A DNA stretch of 63,884 bases, counting the filler, from Craspedostauros australis (Eukaryota), in NCBI GenBank assembly GCA_030167865.1. It is 16 parts of 16 records of this genome, joined end to end, with 100 filler letters (N's around TTAATTAATTAA, not from the genome) between each part and the next. Parts side by side here need not be neighbours in the genome. Positions count along the whole stretch, not along the records: positions 30,217 to 35,382 come from JALAGF010005675.1; positions 35,483 to 38,424 come from JALAGF010005676.1; positions 38,525 to 40,805 come from JALAGF010005677.1; positions 40,906 to 43,800 come from JALAGF010005678.1; positions 43,901 to 48,027 come from JALAGF010005679.1; positions 48,128 to 49,484 come from JALAGF010005681.1; 10 more parts are not named here. The stretch is one strand, 5' to 3'. This document shows positions 34,959 through 49,584 of this stretch, in pieces. The number at the start of each line of letters is the position of its first letter. The stretch's first letter is position 1. The notes below the pieces were generated by a model. That model had not been told where the DNA came from. It saw only the letters and a program-made list of their open reading frames with translations, and did not search any database. The translations under genes and the position numbers were made by a program.

Positions 34959-35482
34959 TGTGGGTGAAGGTTGATAGAACTGTGTTATTGTGTGTGCTTG
35001 TTTGAAGTGATGGTTTACAAAGTTAAGTTTGTTGAGATTATGAGCTCATCAATAAGAGCTCATCATCTTCCTGTTTTCTACTTCTTGGCTCCACTAATGG
35101 TGCTATTCAGCATTGTCCATCGTGTTGTAACCATGCCAAACTGCTGGTTACTCCTGCTAATTAGTGTATCTGTGTCCAAACATGTGCTATGACACATGTT
35201 TGGAGGTCGAATAGAGTCTCTTTGATCCTCTTGGATCATCTTCCTAATCTTGTCTTGGGTCTGAAACCCGCATCACATTTTCCGAATTCTTTCGAGTGGT
35301 TTTCTTGGATCTTTCGAATCGAAGTGTGATTGACACAAAGGACTCAAAACTCGAACAACGATTGGATTGATTCAGCACACATNNNNNNNNNNNNNNNNNN
35401 NNNNNNNNNNNNNNNNNNNNNNNNNNTTAATTAATTAANNNNNNNNNNNNNNNNNNNNNNNNNNNNNNNNNNNNNNNNNNNN

Positions 35483-35897
35483 GAAGGAGATGTATCGGAT
35501 CATCAAGTATGTGATCGATACAAAGGACTATGGATTGAAGATCCATCCAGCGCGTCCAGACAATGATGGCTGGGACATGGAGCTCTTCTGCGATAGCGAA
35601 TATGCAGGAGACAAGAACACGAGAATCAGCGTAGGAGGGTTCATCCTATANCTGTGCAAGGTACCAATCCTTTGGCGATCCAAGGCACAGAAGGCCGTCA
35701 CACTCAGCTCATCCGAAGCAGAATACATTGCCCTTTCCGAAGCGGCAAAAGAAATCTTCTTCGTCGTGCAGCTACTCGAGAGTGTGGGCGTCCCAGTGAA
35801 GACACCGATCAAAGTCCGCGTGGACAACATCGGAGCGATCTTCATTGCCAAGAACCCATCAACATCCCAACGATCGCGGCACATCGACGTGCGCCAT
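35483..35897 (+). mobile_element. Copia family A RNase H
   Basis: FCDSEYAGD, LSSSEAEY, VDNIGA, RSRHIDVRH. Its first bases overlap the end of the RT scaffold (KEMYRII, 48007-48027). Confidence 0.92.
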
Positions 35898-36074
35898 NNN
35901 NNNNNNNNNNNNNNNNNNNNNNNNNNNNNNNNNNNNNNNNNNNNNNNNNNNNNNNNNNNNNNNNNNNNNNNNNNNNNNNNNNNNNNNNNNNNNNNNNNNN
36001 NNNNNNNNNNNNNNNNNNNNNNNNNNNNNNNNNNNNNNNNNNNNNNNNNNNNNNNNNNNNNNNNNNNNNNNNNN

Positions 36075-36835
36075 TGAGTATATGTCGAGATGTACGTGTA
36101 TATGTGCATCGTTCACCCGCTATTCTCTCATACGCACTTGGACGGTATAACTACACTCATGTCGATAGTATACTGTGATTCGTCAGAATTACAGGGGAAT
36201 GGAACACACAAAAAGGGGCAAGATTTCTGGAGGAAATTTGCAAATAACGATTTCTGAGAGAATCAGAATATCGTCCGTCCANNNNNNNNNNNNNNNNNNN
36301 NNNNNNNNNNNNNNNNNNNNNNNNNNNNNNNNNNNNNNNNNNNNNNNNNNNNNNNNNNNNNNNNNNNNNNNNNNNNNNNNNNNNNNNNNNNNNNNNNNGA
36401 CAGGATGTCATCATGTCACCACGTCGACATCTGTCTCCAAGTCAGAGCAGGAGGCAAAGATCCGATGACCCATGAAGATCATGGATACTGAAGGTGAACT
36501 TCAAATGGTAAGTACTCATGGAGTAGAAGCCAGTACTGAATGAACGGAGTGTCGAATGCGGAGCACGCATCGAACACGGAGTATCGTGAGGGACGAGCAC
36601 ACGATGTTGAGAGAGAGAGAGAGAATACAGAGAGGAGCGAGAGAGCATCTCGCGTACCGACTCATAGTCGGAGACCGAATCTACGAAACAGATTGAAGCG
36701 CCGAGAGCATCGGGCAAGAGAACTGGTGTACACCAAGAGGATCGGAGTAGCCAAGTAATGAAATAGCAAACAAACAACTATCAACCAACACCATCTTCCA
36801 CGATCGTAGGTTACCGTGCGCGGAACTTGCCAACA
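36075..36835 (+). repeat. 3' LTR of Copia family A (start hidden in an N gap)
   Basis: Follows RNase H, matches 14828-15265, ends CCAACA and is followed by the non-element flank GGGAA. Confidence 0.8.
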
Positions 36836-37642
36836 GGGAAAGGCGTGCTCAAGTAGTCCCATTTGTGCATGACTTTACCGATCCCAAAACCGTGCAACAC
36901 GCCTCAAGCGTGAAGAAAGCAAAAACCGACCATTATATGGCATTTACCGCGCTCTCCAAGGGCATTTAAGAGCCCATTCAGTCACAAACCAACGAGTCGC
37001 GGGGGGAGACATTTTTGGGCCAGTTGGTCCGTCCTTCCGAGGCTCTCGCAGTGCGCCGTGTTGTAGCAATGCTCCGTCGGTCCGACTTTTTGACGAGAAC
37101 CGTCAATCTTCCGTCAATACCGGTTCAACAAAAACGGGTTGCAGCAAGACTTCGTGTTGAGGGTCCACCCAACATTTCCACCCAATTTGGGCCATGTTTT
37201 TGTTGTTCTCGTTCGGCACGTCACGGAGTTGTGTTGTGGAAGCGGGCATGCTCGTTTTGGCGAGAACCATTACCATCGCCCGTAGATTTTGTACTGGATG
37301 TTTTTATCACACATCCGAGCCGTCGCTGCCTGAACCTTCGCGATTGCTGGTGGTCGTGTTGACGGACAGACATANNNNNNNNNNNNNNNNNNNNNNNNNN
37401 NNNNNNNNNNNNNNNNNNNNNNNNGTGTTGACGGACAGACATATATTTTGCGCTTTTTACTGTTGTCGGTGCGAAAGAGTCGTTTTTGCTTCGGGTGTTT
37501 TTTCAGTCGGGTGATCATGGTGGCCGACAGAGGAGTTTTGCACAACAAGCAAAGTCGCCAACGCAGAAAACCAGCCAAACAAAGTGCCCAAGCGCACACC
37601 AATTCGATTTGTAAGTGGTATAGTGTACAGTGAAAGCTGGCA

Positions 37643-38330
37643 CGCCCCTTCATCTTGAGGATGACTCCCGTCGAACAGAGCAGTGACAAAAGCGGCGAGT
37701 GCTGGTCTTGCCAGTGCTTTTGTGAGCATATCTGCAAAGTTTTGTGCTGGTGGAACATATACTGGCACTTGCATACCGGCTCACACAGATTTGCGGACTT
37801 TGCGAAATGATATCGCTGCATGATTCTCTTGTAGCAGGCTCTCTGTGATCGTCGTGTTCGAGATCGCAGCATTGTTGTCACGGAATGCGATTACTGGCGA
37901 CTTGACTTGCACCCTCAGCAATTGGAATGCACATTGTAGCACAATGATCTCTTCTGCCACGGATCCCATGACATTGAATTCGGCGCCATATGTTGAAGTT
38001 GTGGCTGATGATTGCCTCTTGCTTGAGAAGTATACTGGTGTTCTTCCAACGCATAGAATGATGCCAGCATTGGATCTTCATGTGACTCAATCATGTACAT
38101 GATTGCCATTGACGAATGCATACATTGGCAGTTGTAGGTAGATCAGCTTTGGCAATCTGTTGTTGATTTCCTCTGATGCTTCCGGGTATTCCTCCTTCAT
38201 CTGCGAGGCCATTTCTGGATTGGATGGTGTTGCGTTGAAGTTGTCAAATATCATTGGGCGAGAGTCAATCTGTGTTTGCAATGTGGACTTGTGCTCCAGA
38301 TATCCCCATACTTTGATGGCTCTCTCAAGG
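37643..38330 (-). mobile_element. Copia family B (CoDi-like) decayed RNase H with polypurine tract
   Basis: TSTYGAEF, AFRDNNAAISNTT, NFADMLTKAL. PPT GATGAAGGGGCG followed by TG, the LTR start at 37642 running leftward. Confidence 0.8.
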
Positions 38331-38524
38331 CGTCATTTGCAAGATGATGCAGTGAAACGTGAAAGTGAAGAAGTTGCAAATGCAAAATCAAAACGTCCAA
38401 GTTGAACAACTCAGTTCATCATCCNNNNNNNNNNNNNNNNNNNNNNNNNNNNNNNNNNNNNNNNNNNNTTAATTAATTAANNNNNNNNNNNNNNNNNNNN
38501 NNNNNNNNNNNNNNNNNNNNNNNN

Positions 38525-40805
38525 TATTCGACAACCGACGCGAGACGAGATACAGTCCGACAGAGATTGCGTCCATGTATACATGACATCAGATGCATAT
38601 TGGGATCCTTCACAGCTGTCGTCAGGGGACGATGAAGCAGCAATACGCGCGAAGCTTCAAGCAGATCAGCAGATGCATATTGAATCACCGATCAGATACG
38701 AGCATGACAATCGAACAATACATCACACGCGTACCTCGAATCGTAAGGGGACGATAACGCCAGAGCAGCTGGCAGCGAGATGGCGAATCGGAATCGAAGC
38801 AGCAAGACGAACACTNNNNNNNNNNNNNNNNNNNNNNNNNNNNNNNNNNNNNNNNNNNNNNNNNNNNNNNNNNNNNNNNNNNNNNGCGATGCAGCTCCGA
38901 TACCGACGCCTCAACACACAAATGTACACCGACACGATGTTCGCGAAGACAAAGTCCATACGTGGGAACATCTGTGCAATGATCTATTGTACACCATTTC
39001 ATTGGGTCAGAGTGTACCCAATGGCGGCAAGGCGAGAGGCCGCGCAGACACTCGATGAACTATTCAGAGACTACGGCATCCCACACACAATGATACCAGA
39101 CAATGCACGAGAGCTAGTTGAGGGCAACTTCAAGAGCAAACTTNNNNNNNNNNNNNNNNNNNNNNNNNNNNNNNNNNNNNNNNNNNNNNNNNNNNNNNNN
39201 NNNNNNNNNNNNNNNNNNNNNNNNNNNNNNNNNNNNNNNNNNNNNNNNNNNNNNNNNNNNNNNNNNNNNNNNNNNNNNNNNNNNNNNNNNNNNNNNNNNN
39301 NNNNNNNNNNNNNNNNNNNNNNNNNNNNNNNNNNNNNNNNAAGCAACACAGCACTTCAGATATATGATCTACATGGCCAGACACCAACTACAATCCTGAC
39401 TGGCGATACCACCGACATCTCACATATTTCAGAATTCGGGTGGTTCGACTTTGTGTGGTACATGAATCTCCAAGGAGCAAACATGAACACAAAACATCTT
39501 GGTCGCTACCTCGGTCCGTCGAAGGCCGTGGGNNNNNNNNNNNNNNNNNNNNNNNNNNNNNNNNNNNNNNNNNNNNNNNNNNNNNNNNNNNNNNNNNNNN
39601 NNNNNNNNNNNNNNNNNNNNNNNNNNNNNNNNNNNNNNCAACAATCCGACTTCATGTCCAATCTACGAAACAAATGGAAAGATCGAATGGAAGGCATCAA
39701 GCCAGGGGACGACGGAGACGACGTCGACGACACAGCCGAAGATATTGCATTCCTGGAGCAGACTACATCATTGGAACCTTTGATAGAGCCAGCTGACGCC
39801 GACGAAGACGCATATGATCGATACCTGTCCGCTCGAGTCAAGTTACCTGCGGGTGATGACATCCAATTTGGTACTGTGAAGCGCCGAAAGCGCGATGCGA
39901 GCGGGAAGCTGATTGGTCACTCACATTCAAATCCACTTCTTGACACGTCCATGTATGAGGTTGAATTCGTCGACGGGCACAGCGAAGTGTTCAATGCGAA
40001 TCAGATCGCGGAAAATATCTACGCGCGAACAGATGACGACGGATACACAACACTCTTGATGGAGGACATCATCGACCATAAGCGACTCCCAACCGCAGCA
40101 ACTGCTGATGACAAGACGACCACGAAGACGACCAAGGGATGGAAGCTGTGTGTGTTATGGAAAGATAGATCTACATCATGGATTCACTTACGAGATGCCA
40201 AGGAGGCTGATCCTGTGAAGACAGCCGAATACGCAACCAACAACCAGCTCACCAATGAGCCTGCCTTTCGATGGTGGGTTCCATACACGATGAAGCGGCG
40301 CAACCGCATCCTGATGGCCAACCGCAAACGATACTTCCGACGAAACGAAAAATATGGTCTCGAACTACCGAAGAGCGTCCAACGAGCTCTTGCGATCGAT
40401 GAGGAGACAGGAACCGACTTCTGGCGCAAAGCATTGGAGAAGGAGATGAAGAACGTTCGACCAGCATTCGACATCAAGACAGAAGACACGAAGCCACCAG
40501 TCGGATACACCTACATTGCATGTCACATGATCTTCGATATCAAAGTCGACCTCACACGAAAGGCGCGACTTGTGGCAGGCGGTCACATGACTGAAGCACC
40601 ATCCAGCATAACATATGCCAGTGTGGTGACACGCGAAAGCGTGCGAATCGCATTCCTCTTGGCGGCGCTGAACGACCTCGATGTGCTTGCGGCAGATGTG
40701 ATGAATGCATACCTCAACGCCCCATGCCGCGAACGCGTCTACACAACATGTGGACCTGAGTTCGGGGCAGACGCAGGCAAGGTAGCGATAATCTGTCGCG
40801 CACTC
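38525..40805 (+). mobile_element. Diatom CoDi-type Copia pol fragment (integrase, chromo-like segment, start of RT)
   Basis: LAARWRIG, YTDTMF..KSIRGN, PDNARE, ANQIAEN, EPAFRWWVP, FDIKVDLTRKARLVAGGH, DVMNAYLNA. Confidence 0.9.
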
Positions 40806-40905
40806 NNNNNNNNNNNNNNNNNNNNNNNNNNNNNNNNNNNNNNNNNNNNTTAATTAATTAANNNNNNNNNNNNNNNNNNNNNNNNNNNNNNNNNNNNNNN
40901 NNNNN

Positions 40906-43800
40906 CAATTGGAGAATATCATCGGGACGAAAACGAGAGAACCAGCATGCGTACTATTCAACAACCGGATCCCCACCTACGTGGATGGACTGCGCGTTTT
41001 TGGAGAAATAGGCATGGTGTATGTTGGCGGCCGCACGATAAAGGCGAAACTGGACGACAGATCCAGACCAGCTATGTTCGTCGGATACGGCCAGTCACAC
41101 GCGAAGGGAGTATATCGAATGCTGAACCTCGCAACAACTAAGATCCTAATCACGAGAGACGTGACATGGATGAATCAGTCATATGGGCAATTCAGAGGTA
41201 TCGAGAATGCCAACAGATCAATANNGATAGATCTGGAAGATGACGACTCTACATCGGGTATGAAGACTCGACACACGAGAGCAGTTTGGGAGCGACGATC
41301 GGAGACCATCAAAGGCATGGAGACCGACGACGCAGATCGCAGCAGCAGAGCCAGAGAGAAAGCAGATACAGAAGACGCTGCGCGAGGGCAAGATGACTTG
41401 CTCCCCACCCAAGGGAAAAATGAGTCGAACGATAATGACAGCGACGAATTCGGAAGGGACGATGAGGGGAGAACAAATGAAGAGGCCAAATATGAGCCGG
41501 AGCAGACCCCTATCGCAGAACCTGTGCAACGCGTACCAAGGATGGTGAGTGCTCTCGCAGGGTATAACAAAGAACCCATTCCAGAGGAGGAGCGAGACCT
41601 CGGATCGAGCGATGAGTCAGAACCAAATACAGACGAAGGGTATGAGACACCCCAAGAGACTATCGCATCCCCATCGGACACAGGAGGACCCGACTTCCAC
41701 GCGGACGGGTCAACATTCAACAGAGATATCGCAGGCATGATGATTGATACACCTCACGGAATGATGAGACTCGACGACATCATCACTGCGGACCAAGCAT
41801 TGAACAATGAACAGAATGAGGATGGGATGGAACTAGCGAGCATTGCTATGCTGCTGGACCCAACCACATTCGAGGACTGCTGGGACCACGCAGACCCCAG
41901 TAAGAGAAAGAAATGGCGAGAAGCCATCAACAAGGAATTCTACGATATGGCCAGAAGGAAAGTATGGGAAAAGATCAAGAAGGACCGGATGCCGAGGAAC
42001 CGGCGGTGCGTGAAGACCAAATGGGTCTTCAAGGAAAAGAGGAACGGGGTATTCCGCGCCAGACTCGTGGCATGCGGGTACTCGCAAATCGCAGGAGTCG
42101 ACTTCTCAGCGCACCACGCACCGGTGATACATGATGCAACCTACCGTATCATGCTCACCATGNNNNNNNNNNNNNNNNNNNNNNNNNNNNNNNNNNNNNN
42201 NNNNNNNNNNNNGCACCACGCACCGGTGATACATGATGCAACCTACCGTATCATGCTCACCATGAAGATGATACTGAAGCTAGACAGCATCATCATTGAC
42301 TTTGAGACAGCATTCTTGCATGGAGACCTCGACGAAGAGATCTACATGCAATGCCCGAAAGGCATGAAACACGAAACCGATGAATGCCTGCTACTCAAGA
42401 AAACCATCTACGGACTCGTGCAGAGTGCCAGACAATGGAACAAGAAGCTCGTCGACATCCTATTCAAATTGGGGTTCAGACAGAGTGAGGTAGACCCATG
42501 CCTNNNNNNNNNNNNNNNNNNNNNNNNNNNNNNNNNNNNNNNNNNNNNNNNNGACGATTGTCTCTGCATCGGAGAAAAGCAGGAACTGCAGAAGCTCGTG
42601 AAGGATATCCGAGCGGAACGGTTCGGGGTCAAAGTGGAGGAAGATCTTGAAGACTACCTAAGTTGCAAGATCATATTCAACCATGACAAAACGAACTGTT
42701 GGGTAAACCAACCACACATCCTCAAGAACATCATCGATACGTTCGGGAGCGATGTGCTGAAACTGCAACGATACGGAACACCAGGAACACCAGGGCAGGG
42801 CATCCAAAGGAACAGCGATGCACCCAAAGTGGACGAACAGCGACACAGCNNNNNNNNNNNNNNNNNNNNNNNNNNNNNNNNNNNNNNNNNNNNNNNNNNN
42901 NNNNNNNNNNNNNNNNNNNNNNNNNNNNNNNNNNNNGTATTGGACGGACCAACAGCCTCAGCATATAAGGAGATGCTACGAGTCATGAAGTTCGTGTGGG
43001 ACACGAGAGAGTATGGACTGAAGATGAAACCGAGTCCACTGACTAATGATGCATGGAAGATTGCAATATTCACCAACAGCGAATTCGCGGGTGACAAAGA
43101 CAATCGCATCAGCGTAGGAGGGCACATCGTCCTACTACAAGGAGTGCCGATCATATGGANNNNNNNNNNNNNNNNNNNNNNNNNNNNNNNNNNNNNNNNN
43201 NNNNNNNNNTATTCAAATTGGGGTTCAGACAGAGTGAGGTAGACCCATGCCTACTGATTCGGAATCAGGAAGGGCAACTGCTTTTAATCGGCATCTATGT
43301 GGACGATTGTCTCTGCATCGGAGAAAAGCAGGAACTGCAGAAGCTCGTGAAGGATATCCGAGCGGAACGGTTCGGGGTCAAAGTNNNNNNNNNNNNNNNN
43401 NNNNNNNNNNNNNNNNNNNNNNNNNNNNNNNNNNNNNNNNNNNNNNNNNNNNNNNNNNNNNNNNNNNNNNNNNNNNNNNNNNNNNNNNNNNNNNNNNNNN
43501 NNNNNNNNNNNNNNNNNNNNNNNNNNNNNNNNNNNNNNNNNNNNNNNGGCATCCAAAGGAACAGCGATGCACCCAAAGTGGACGAACAGCGACACAGCCG
43601 ATACCGAAGCGGAGTAGGCATGCTGCTATACCTGGTGAAACACTTTCGACCCGACATCGCCAATGCAGTGCGAGAACTGACCAAAGTATTGGACGGACCA
43701 ACAGCCTCAGCATATGAGGAGATGCTACGAGTCATGAAGTTCGTATGGGACACGAGAGAGTATGGACTGAAGATGAAACCGAGTCCACTGACTAACGATG
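40906..43800 (+). mobile_element. Copia family C pol fragment (integrase C-terminus, RT, start of RNase H)
   Basis: LRVFG..KLDDRS..MFVGY, KWVFKEK, RARLVACGYSQ, DFETAFLHG, IYGLVQSARQW, IYVDD. Related to but distinct from family A. Confidence 0.92.
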
Positions 43801-43900
43801 NNNNNNNNNNNNNNNNNNNNNNNNNNNNNNNNNNNNNNNNNNNNTTAATTAATTAANNNNNNNNNNNNNNNNNNNNNNNNNNNNNNNNNNNNNNNNNNNN

Positions 43901-46900
43901 AAGCAGCTCATCTTTGACGCCGTGATGGAAGCGGGGATGCGAGTGTTCCCAGGAACCACACGAGGAGCACTCATGCCAATATGGATGAACATGATGGGAT
44001 CCATCCTATCCGAGCACTTCGAATCAATCGAAGAGATCCTCGCCAATGCAATCATCATCAACCGCATACTGGAAGGGAACGATTGGGAAACGATCCCAGA
44101 GACGGATCTGCATTACATCCTTGGAGGATGCATGCGCGTGCTCTTGCGAGAGCGATCACGCGTCCACCCATACGATCCAGCCACAGGATCTCATCGGAAC
44201 AGTACAATTCCATCGGACTACGCGCAACTACCCGATGACATGGATGACGGAGATCATCATCATCCATACAACGAAGATGGAGTTCACGAAGACGACGACG
44301 ACGGCTGCTTCGACGACGAGATAGCTGCGGCAGCTGTGGAGCAACTCCACGAGCTGAGCACCAAGTACAAGGACAAGGTCAACAAGGACACCTGGCTCGC
44401 NNNNNNNNNNNNNNNNNNNNNNNNNNNNNNNNNNNNNNNNNNNNNNNNNNNNNNNNNNNNNNNNNNNNNNNNNNNNNNNNNNNNNNNNNNNNNNNNNNNN
44501 NNNNNNNNNNNNNNNNNNNNNNNNNNNNNNNNNNNNNNNNNNCGAGACAACACTGGCCACATCATCCGGCTCGATGATGTGAAGTACACACCCAAGATGG
44601 CGGTGAACCTTTTCTCCACAAACAAGGCTCTGTACAATGGTTACCAGCTTGGTAACAACGGCATTCTAATGGACATCATCAACGGATCCGGAACGAAGAT
44701 CGTGNNNNNNNNNNNNNNNNNNNNNNNNNNNNNNNNNNNNNNNNNNNNNNNNNNNNNNNNNNNNNNNNNNNNNNNNNNNNNNNNNNNNNNNNNNNNNNNN
44801 NNNNNNNNNNNNNNNNNNNNNNNNNNNNNNNNNNNNNNNNNNNNNNNNNNNNNNNNNNNNNNNNNNNNNNNNNNNNNNNNNNNNNNNNNNNNNNNNNNNN
44901 NNNNNNNNNNNNNNNNNNNNNNNNNNNNNNNNNNNNNNNNNNNNNNNNNNNNNNNNNNNAATATGGATGGAAGATTATCGGCGAGATGCCGGTATGTCGC
45001 GACTGCGCGGTCGCGAACGCAAGAGTGAAGAATATTCCGAAGGGAACCATTCCAAGAGCAACTCGCCGTGGCGAACGGCTCTTCATTGACATTAGTTACA
45101 CTAAACACATAAGCTTCGGAGATAAACGCTACTGGACCCTNNNNNNNNNNNNNNNNNNNNNNNNNNNNNNNNNNNNNNNNNNNNNNNNNNNNNNNNNNNN
45201 NNNNNNNNNNNNNNNNNNNNNNNNNNNNNNNATCAAGTCACAGACTGGTGACCAACAGATCATCTTCCGAGGTGACAACAGCGGAGAGAACAAATCCACG
45301 GAGGATATTCTCATCGATGCAGGCCTCAACGTGAAATTCGAATACACGGCATCGAACACGCCGCAACAAAACGGCAGAGTGGAACGCAAGTTCGCATACC
45401 TCTACACCAAGATCCGCTCCATGCTCAACGGAGCACAGCTCGACAAAGAGTATAGGCATGGCCTGTGGGCAGCGGCTGCTAGCACTGCCACCGCCATCGC
45501 CAACATCACCGTAGCAAAGAACCAGAAGGAGTCACCACATCGACAATTCTTCGGCAACGATCCACCATATGCGGATGCACTCCGCACATTTGGAGAAGTA
45601 GGTGTTGTGAAGACCACCTACGGCGGGATCACCGCCAAACTCAAGAACAGAGGAGAAGAGATGGTGTTCATCGGATATGCACACCAACATGCATCAGGAG
45701 TCTACAACATGTACAGACCATCGACCAAGTCACTCATCTGTTCATGGGACATCAAGTGGCTCAACCAATCGTACGGACAGTTCCGTGGCTGGGCACCAGC
45801 ACCGAACATATCCAATGAAACAGGAACGACAGACGCAGACGGCTTCACAACCATCGGACGGAAGGGAGCAACGCCAAGAACGGCAACGCGTCAAACATCA
45901 GAAGCGAAGAGAGTATCTTTCGCTGACAGCAACAGATACTACATCCTATCAGACAGCGATGATNNNNNNNNNNNNNNNNNNNNNNNNNNNNNNNNNNNNN
46001 NNNNNNNNNNNNNATACGGACAGTTCCGTGGCTGGGCACCAGCACCGAACATATCCAACGAAACAGGAACAACGGATGCAGACGGCTTCACAACCATTGG
46101 ACGGAAGGGAGTAACGCCAAGGACGGCAACGTGTCAAACATCGGAAGCGAAGAGAGTATCTTTCGCTGACAGCAACAGGTACTACATCCTATCAGACAGC
46201 GATGATGAGGATAATGAGGACGACNGAGNAGTGACTCAACTAATCCAGAATGACNAGGAAGATCGGAGCGAATCCAATCATGAGGATGACGAAATCCTAC
46301 CCTCCGGCGACGAAGCCGATGATGAGACAGGTGTCACCCCTCCAAATACACCAGCGAGGTCTACACATGACACACCATCCAGACCTCCACCAAGCAAACT
46401 GAGCAAGCATGACATAGCTAGAAAGGAGAGAATCCGACGTCATGAAGCACGAGGCAGGAAGGGAGAAGCTAATCCCAAATCAACTGCAGGGAAGAGCATT
46501 CCCAGAGCTCTGCGTGAGCTCGCAGACTTCAACGAACGAGGTCGAAAGGAAGAAGGCTATGAGAGCGATCCATCATCCGATGAGGCAAATGACGAACTCA
46601 GCGACGAGATGATCGATGATTCCAACAACGAAACTACAGATGATGAAGAAATCATGGATGAAGGAGAAATCGAGATCACCCACCATAGTACAACAGGAGT
46701 ATACGGAATGAATGCAATCATTACCGAGACATCAGCGATCGATATCGGATTATCGATGCAGGACGAGAACAAGGAACCAGAGAAACACATCGAACCTACA
46801 ACGTTCGACGGAGCCTTCAATCACCCAGATCCCATCCATCGAAAGGGATATCGAGCAGCCATCAAGAAGGAGTTCGACTCCATGGATACACGCAAAGTAT

Positions 46901-48027
46901 GCAGCAAGATCAAACGAGACGCCATCCCACGCGGCCGCAGATGCTGCAAGTGCAAATGGGTCTTCAAGTTGAAGCGTGACGGCACNNNGACGGCACACAT
47001 CGAGCGCGGCTCGTTGCATGTGGCTATTCACAAGTCGCAGGAGTAGACTTCCAAGAGCATTACTCACCCGTCATTCATGATGTGACCTATCGGGTCATGA
47101 TGGTGATCATGCTAATCAAGAAGATGGACTGCGCACTCGTCGATGTCGTAACGGCATTCNNNNNNNNNNNNNNNNNNNNNNNNNNNNNNNNNNNNNNNNN
47201 NNNNNNNNNGCTATTCACAAGTCGCAGGAGTAGACTTCCAAGAGCATTACTCACCCGTCATCCATGACGTGACCTATCGGGTCATGATGGTGACTATGCT
47301 AATCAAGAAGATGGACTGCGCACTCGTCGATGTCGTAACGGCATTCCTACATGGAGACCTCGACGAGGAAATCTACATGAACTGTCCCAACGGGATGGAT
47401 CATCAACCAGACGAAGCCCTGACCCTACACAAGCCAATCTACGGACTTGTGCAGAGCGCCAGGCAATGGTTCAAGATGTTGGTATCGACCCTCAAGAATA
47501 TCAACTTCGAACAGAGCGCAGCAGATCCGTGCCTGTTCTACAGGAAGACGAATGAAGGAAGCATGATCGTAGCCATCTACGTGGACGATTGCTTCTGTTG
47601 CGGAGACTCCAAAGCACTGGAGACATTCCTGAAGGACATCCAAGGTAGCAAATTCAAGGTGACAATCGAGCGCGGACTCGGAGACCACCTCAGCTGCAAC
47701 ATCGAACTGAACCATGACAAGACTAAAGCGACATTACGTCAACCACACCTTATCCGACACCTCATCAAAGAGTTCGGAACCAAGGTTGAGAAGATGCAAC
47801 GCTATGGGACACCGGGAACCCCGGGTCAAATCATCGTACAACCATCCGAAGATAACGGACTGCAGAAGGTCGGACCGGAAGAACATGCCGAATATCGCCG
47901 AGGCGTCGGTATGCTACTCTTCCTCATCAAGCACTCGCGACCGGATATCGCGAACCCTGTGAGGGAACTCTCCAAGGTATTGATCGGGCCCACCAAGGCC
48001 GCAATGAAGGAGATGTATCGGATCATC
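43901..48027 (+). mobile_element. Copia family A pol: extra module, protease, integrase, linker, RT
   Basis: CRDC, LFIDI..GDNSGE..PQQNGRVER (D,D,E), KWVFKLK, DVVTAFLHG, IYVDD. PR-INT-RT order defines Copia. Confidence 0.93.
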
Positions 48028-48127
48028 NNNNNNNNNNNNNNNNNNNNNNNNNNNNNNNNNNNNNNNNNNNNTTAATTAATTAANNNNNNNNNNNNNNNNN
48101 NNNNNNNNNNNNNNNNNNNNNNNNNNN

Positions 48128-49484
48128 ACGCGCGAACTAGCGCTGGACTGCTTCAGTGATCTGATCCTGATGATGGATGCAGAGCAAGGCACTGGAAAGC
48201 AGGCGATCCAGCTGATCAACCAATGCTGTGACGAGCAGCACCCCGAGGGGAACCCAGCAGCAGCATGGAAGATGCTGAAGGAGAAGTACCAGCCNACCGA
48301 CGCATCCACGGTGCTGCGNCTGAAGCGCCANTTCAACACGGAACGCATGGCGAGGGATACGGATCCCGACATCTACGTCACACGGCTTGAGCTGCTCCGC
48401 ACTCGCCTCCAAGAGGTGAAGTACGAGATCAGTGAGAGAGAGCTGATCATGCAAGTGCTCAGCAGCCTCAGCAAGGACTACGACGACGAAGTGAGCAACT
48501 TCGAATACCAACTGCAGATGGGTCCAGAGAAGGTGACGATCGAGGCCATCCGAAACGTACTGAACTACAGATACTCCAAACTCCAAGGCGGAAAGGCGTA
48601 CGTGGACGACTTCGCGGATACGGGCAGCAAGCGCGACGACGCGGCAATGGCTGCGACAGGCGGATTCAAGGGCAACTGTCATAACTGCGGGAAGTACGGT
48701 CATCGATCTGCGAATTGTCCAGACAGAAAGCAAGCGGCCGACAACAACAACAACCATCAATCCAACAACGGCCGACGAGGAGGCTACAACAACAGAGGCA
48801 ACAGAAGAGATCAGCGCGGCAATCAAGGCAACCGCGGCAACAGAGGAAGAGGCCGAGGCAGCGGCTTCAGTGGGAAGTGCCATTACTGTGGCATCCCAGG
48901 GCATCGAGAGGCAGACTGCAGAAAGAAAAAGTTCAACGAAAAGAGAAAGCAGGAAGAGCAAGGAAGCACGGCACAGGACGGCACCGATGACGGATTCGAG
49001 ATGGTGATGACCACTCTCGACACACCCACGAACACTGACACCGCCTACGCCGTCGATGATTCATTTTTTGATACCTTCCAACACCGTCCAGGAATAGACG
49101 AGGTCCACGACGACACGAGCATCCCAGAATGGCTCAACGACGGACCAATCATCCACGAGGTGACGCTCGACAACGAGCCTCGTTTTGATCTCGATTTCGA
49201 TTATTGCCTCAACACGCACGACTTGCCGAGCAACGGCAACCGCGAAGAAGACCCCGAGGAGGATATCGATATCCTCGCTATGGAGGAAGCCGGGGAGCCC
49301 CCGATTGAGCAGGACATGGTCTTGGACGACAATCTCTTCGAAGAGGCGTCAGCCGCTGGCTCCGCCGAAGAAGAGATCGCTCAAGACGACGGAGACGACA
49401 ACAGCGACGCAACTCGTCCACTATACGTCCGGAACAGATTCCGTCCTCTCAGACCAGAAGGTCAACGAGTCATGAACCACCACG
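48128..49484 (+). mobile_element. Divergent family-A-related Copia gag with two zinc knuckles and an RG-rich linker
   Basis: CHNCGKYGHRSANC and CHYCGIPGHREADC, DPDIYVTRLE, and the downstream DSFFD..IPEWL..PIIHEV motif. Confidence 0.9.
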
Positions 49485-49584
49485 NNNNNNNNNNNNNNNN
49501 NNNNNNNNNNNNNNNNNNNNNNNNNNNNTTAATTAATTAANNNNNNNNNNNNNNNNNNNNNNNNNNNNNNNNNNNNNNNNNNNN

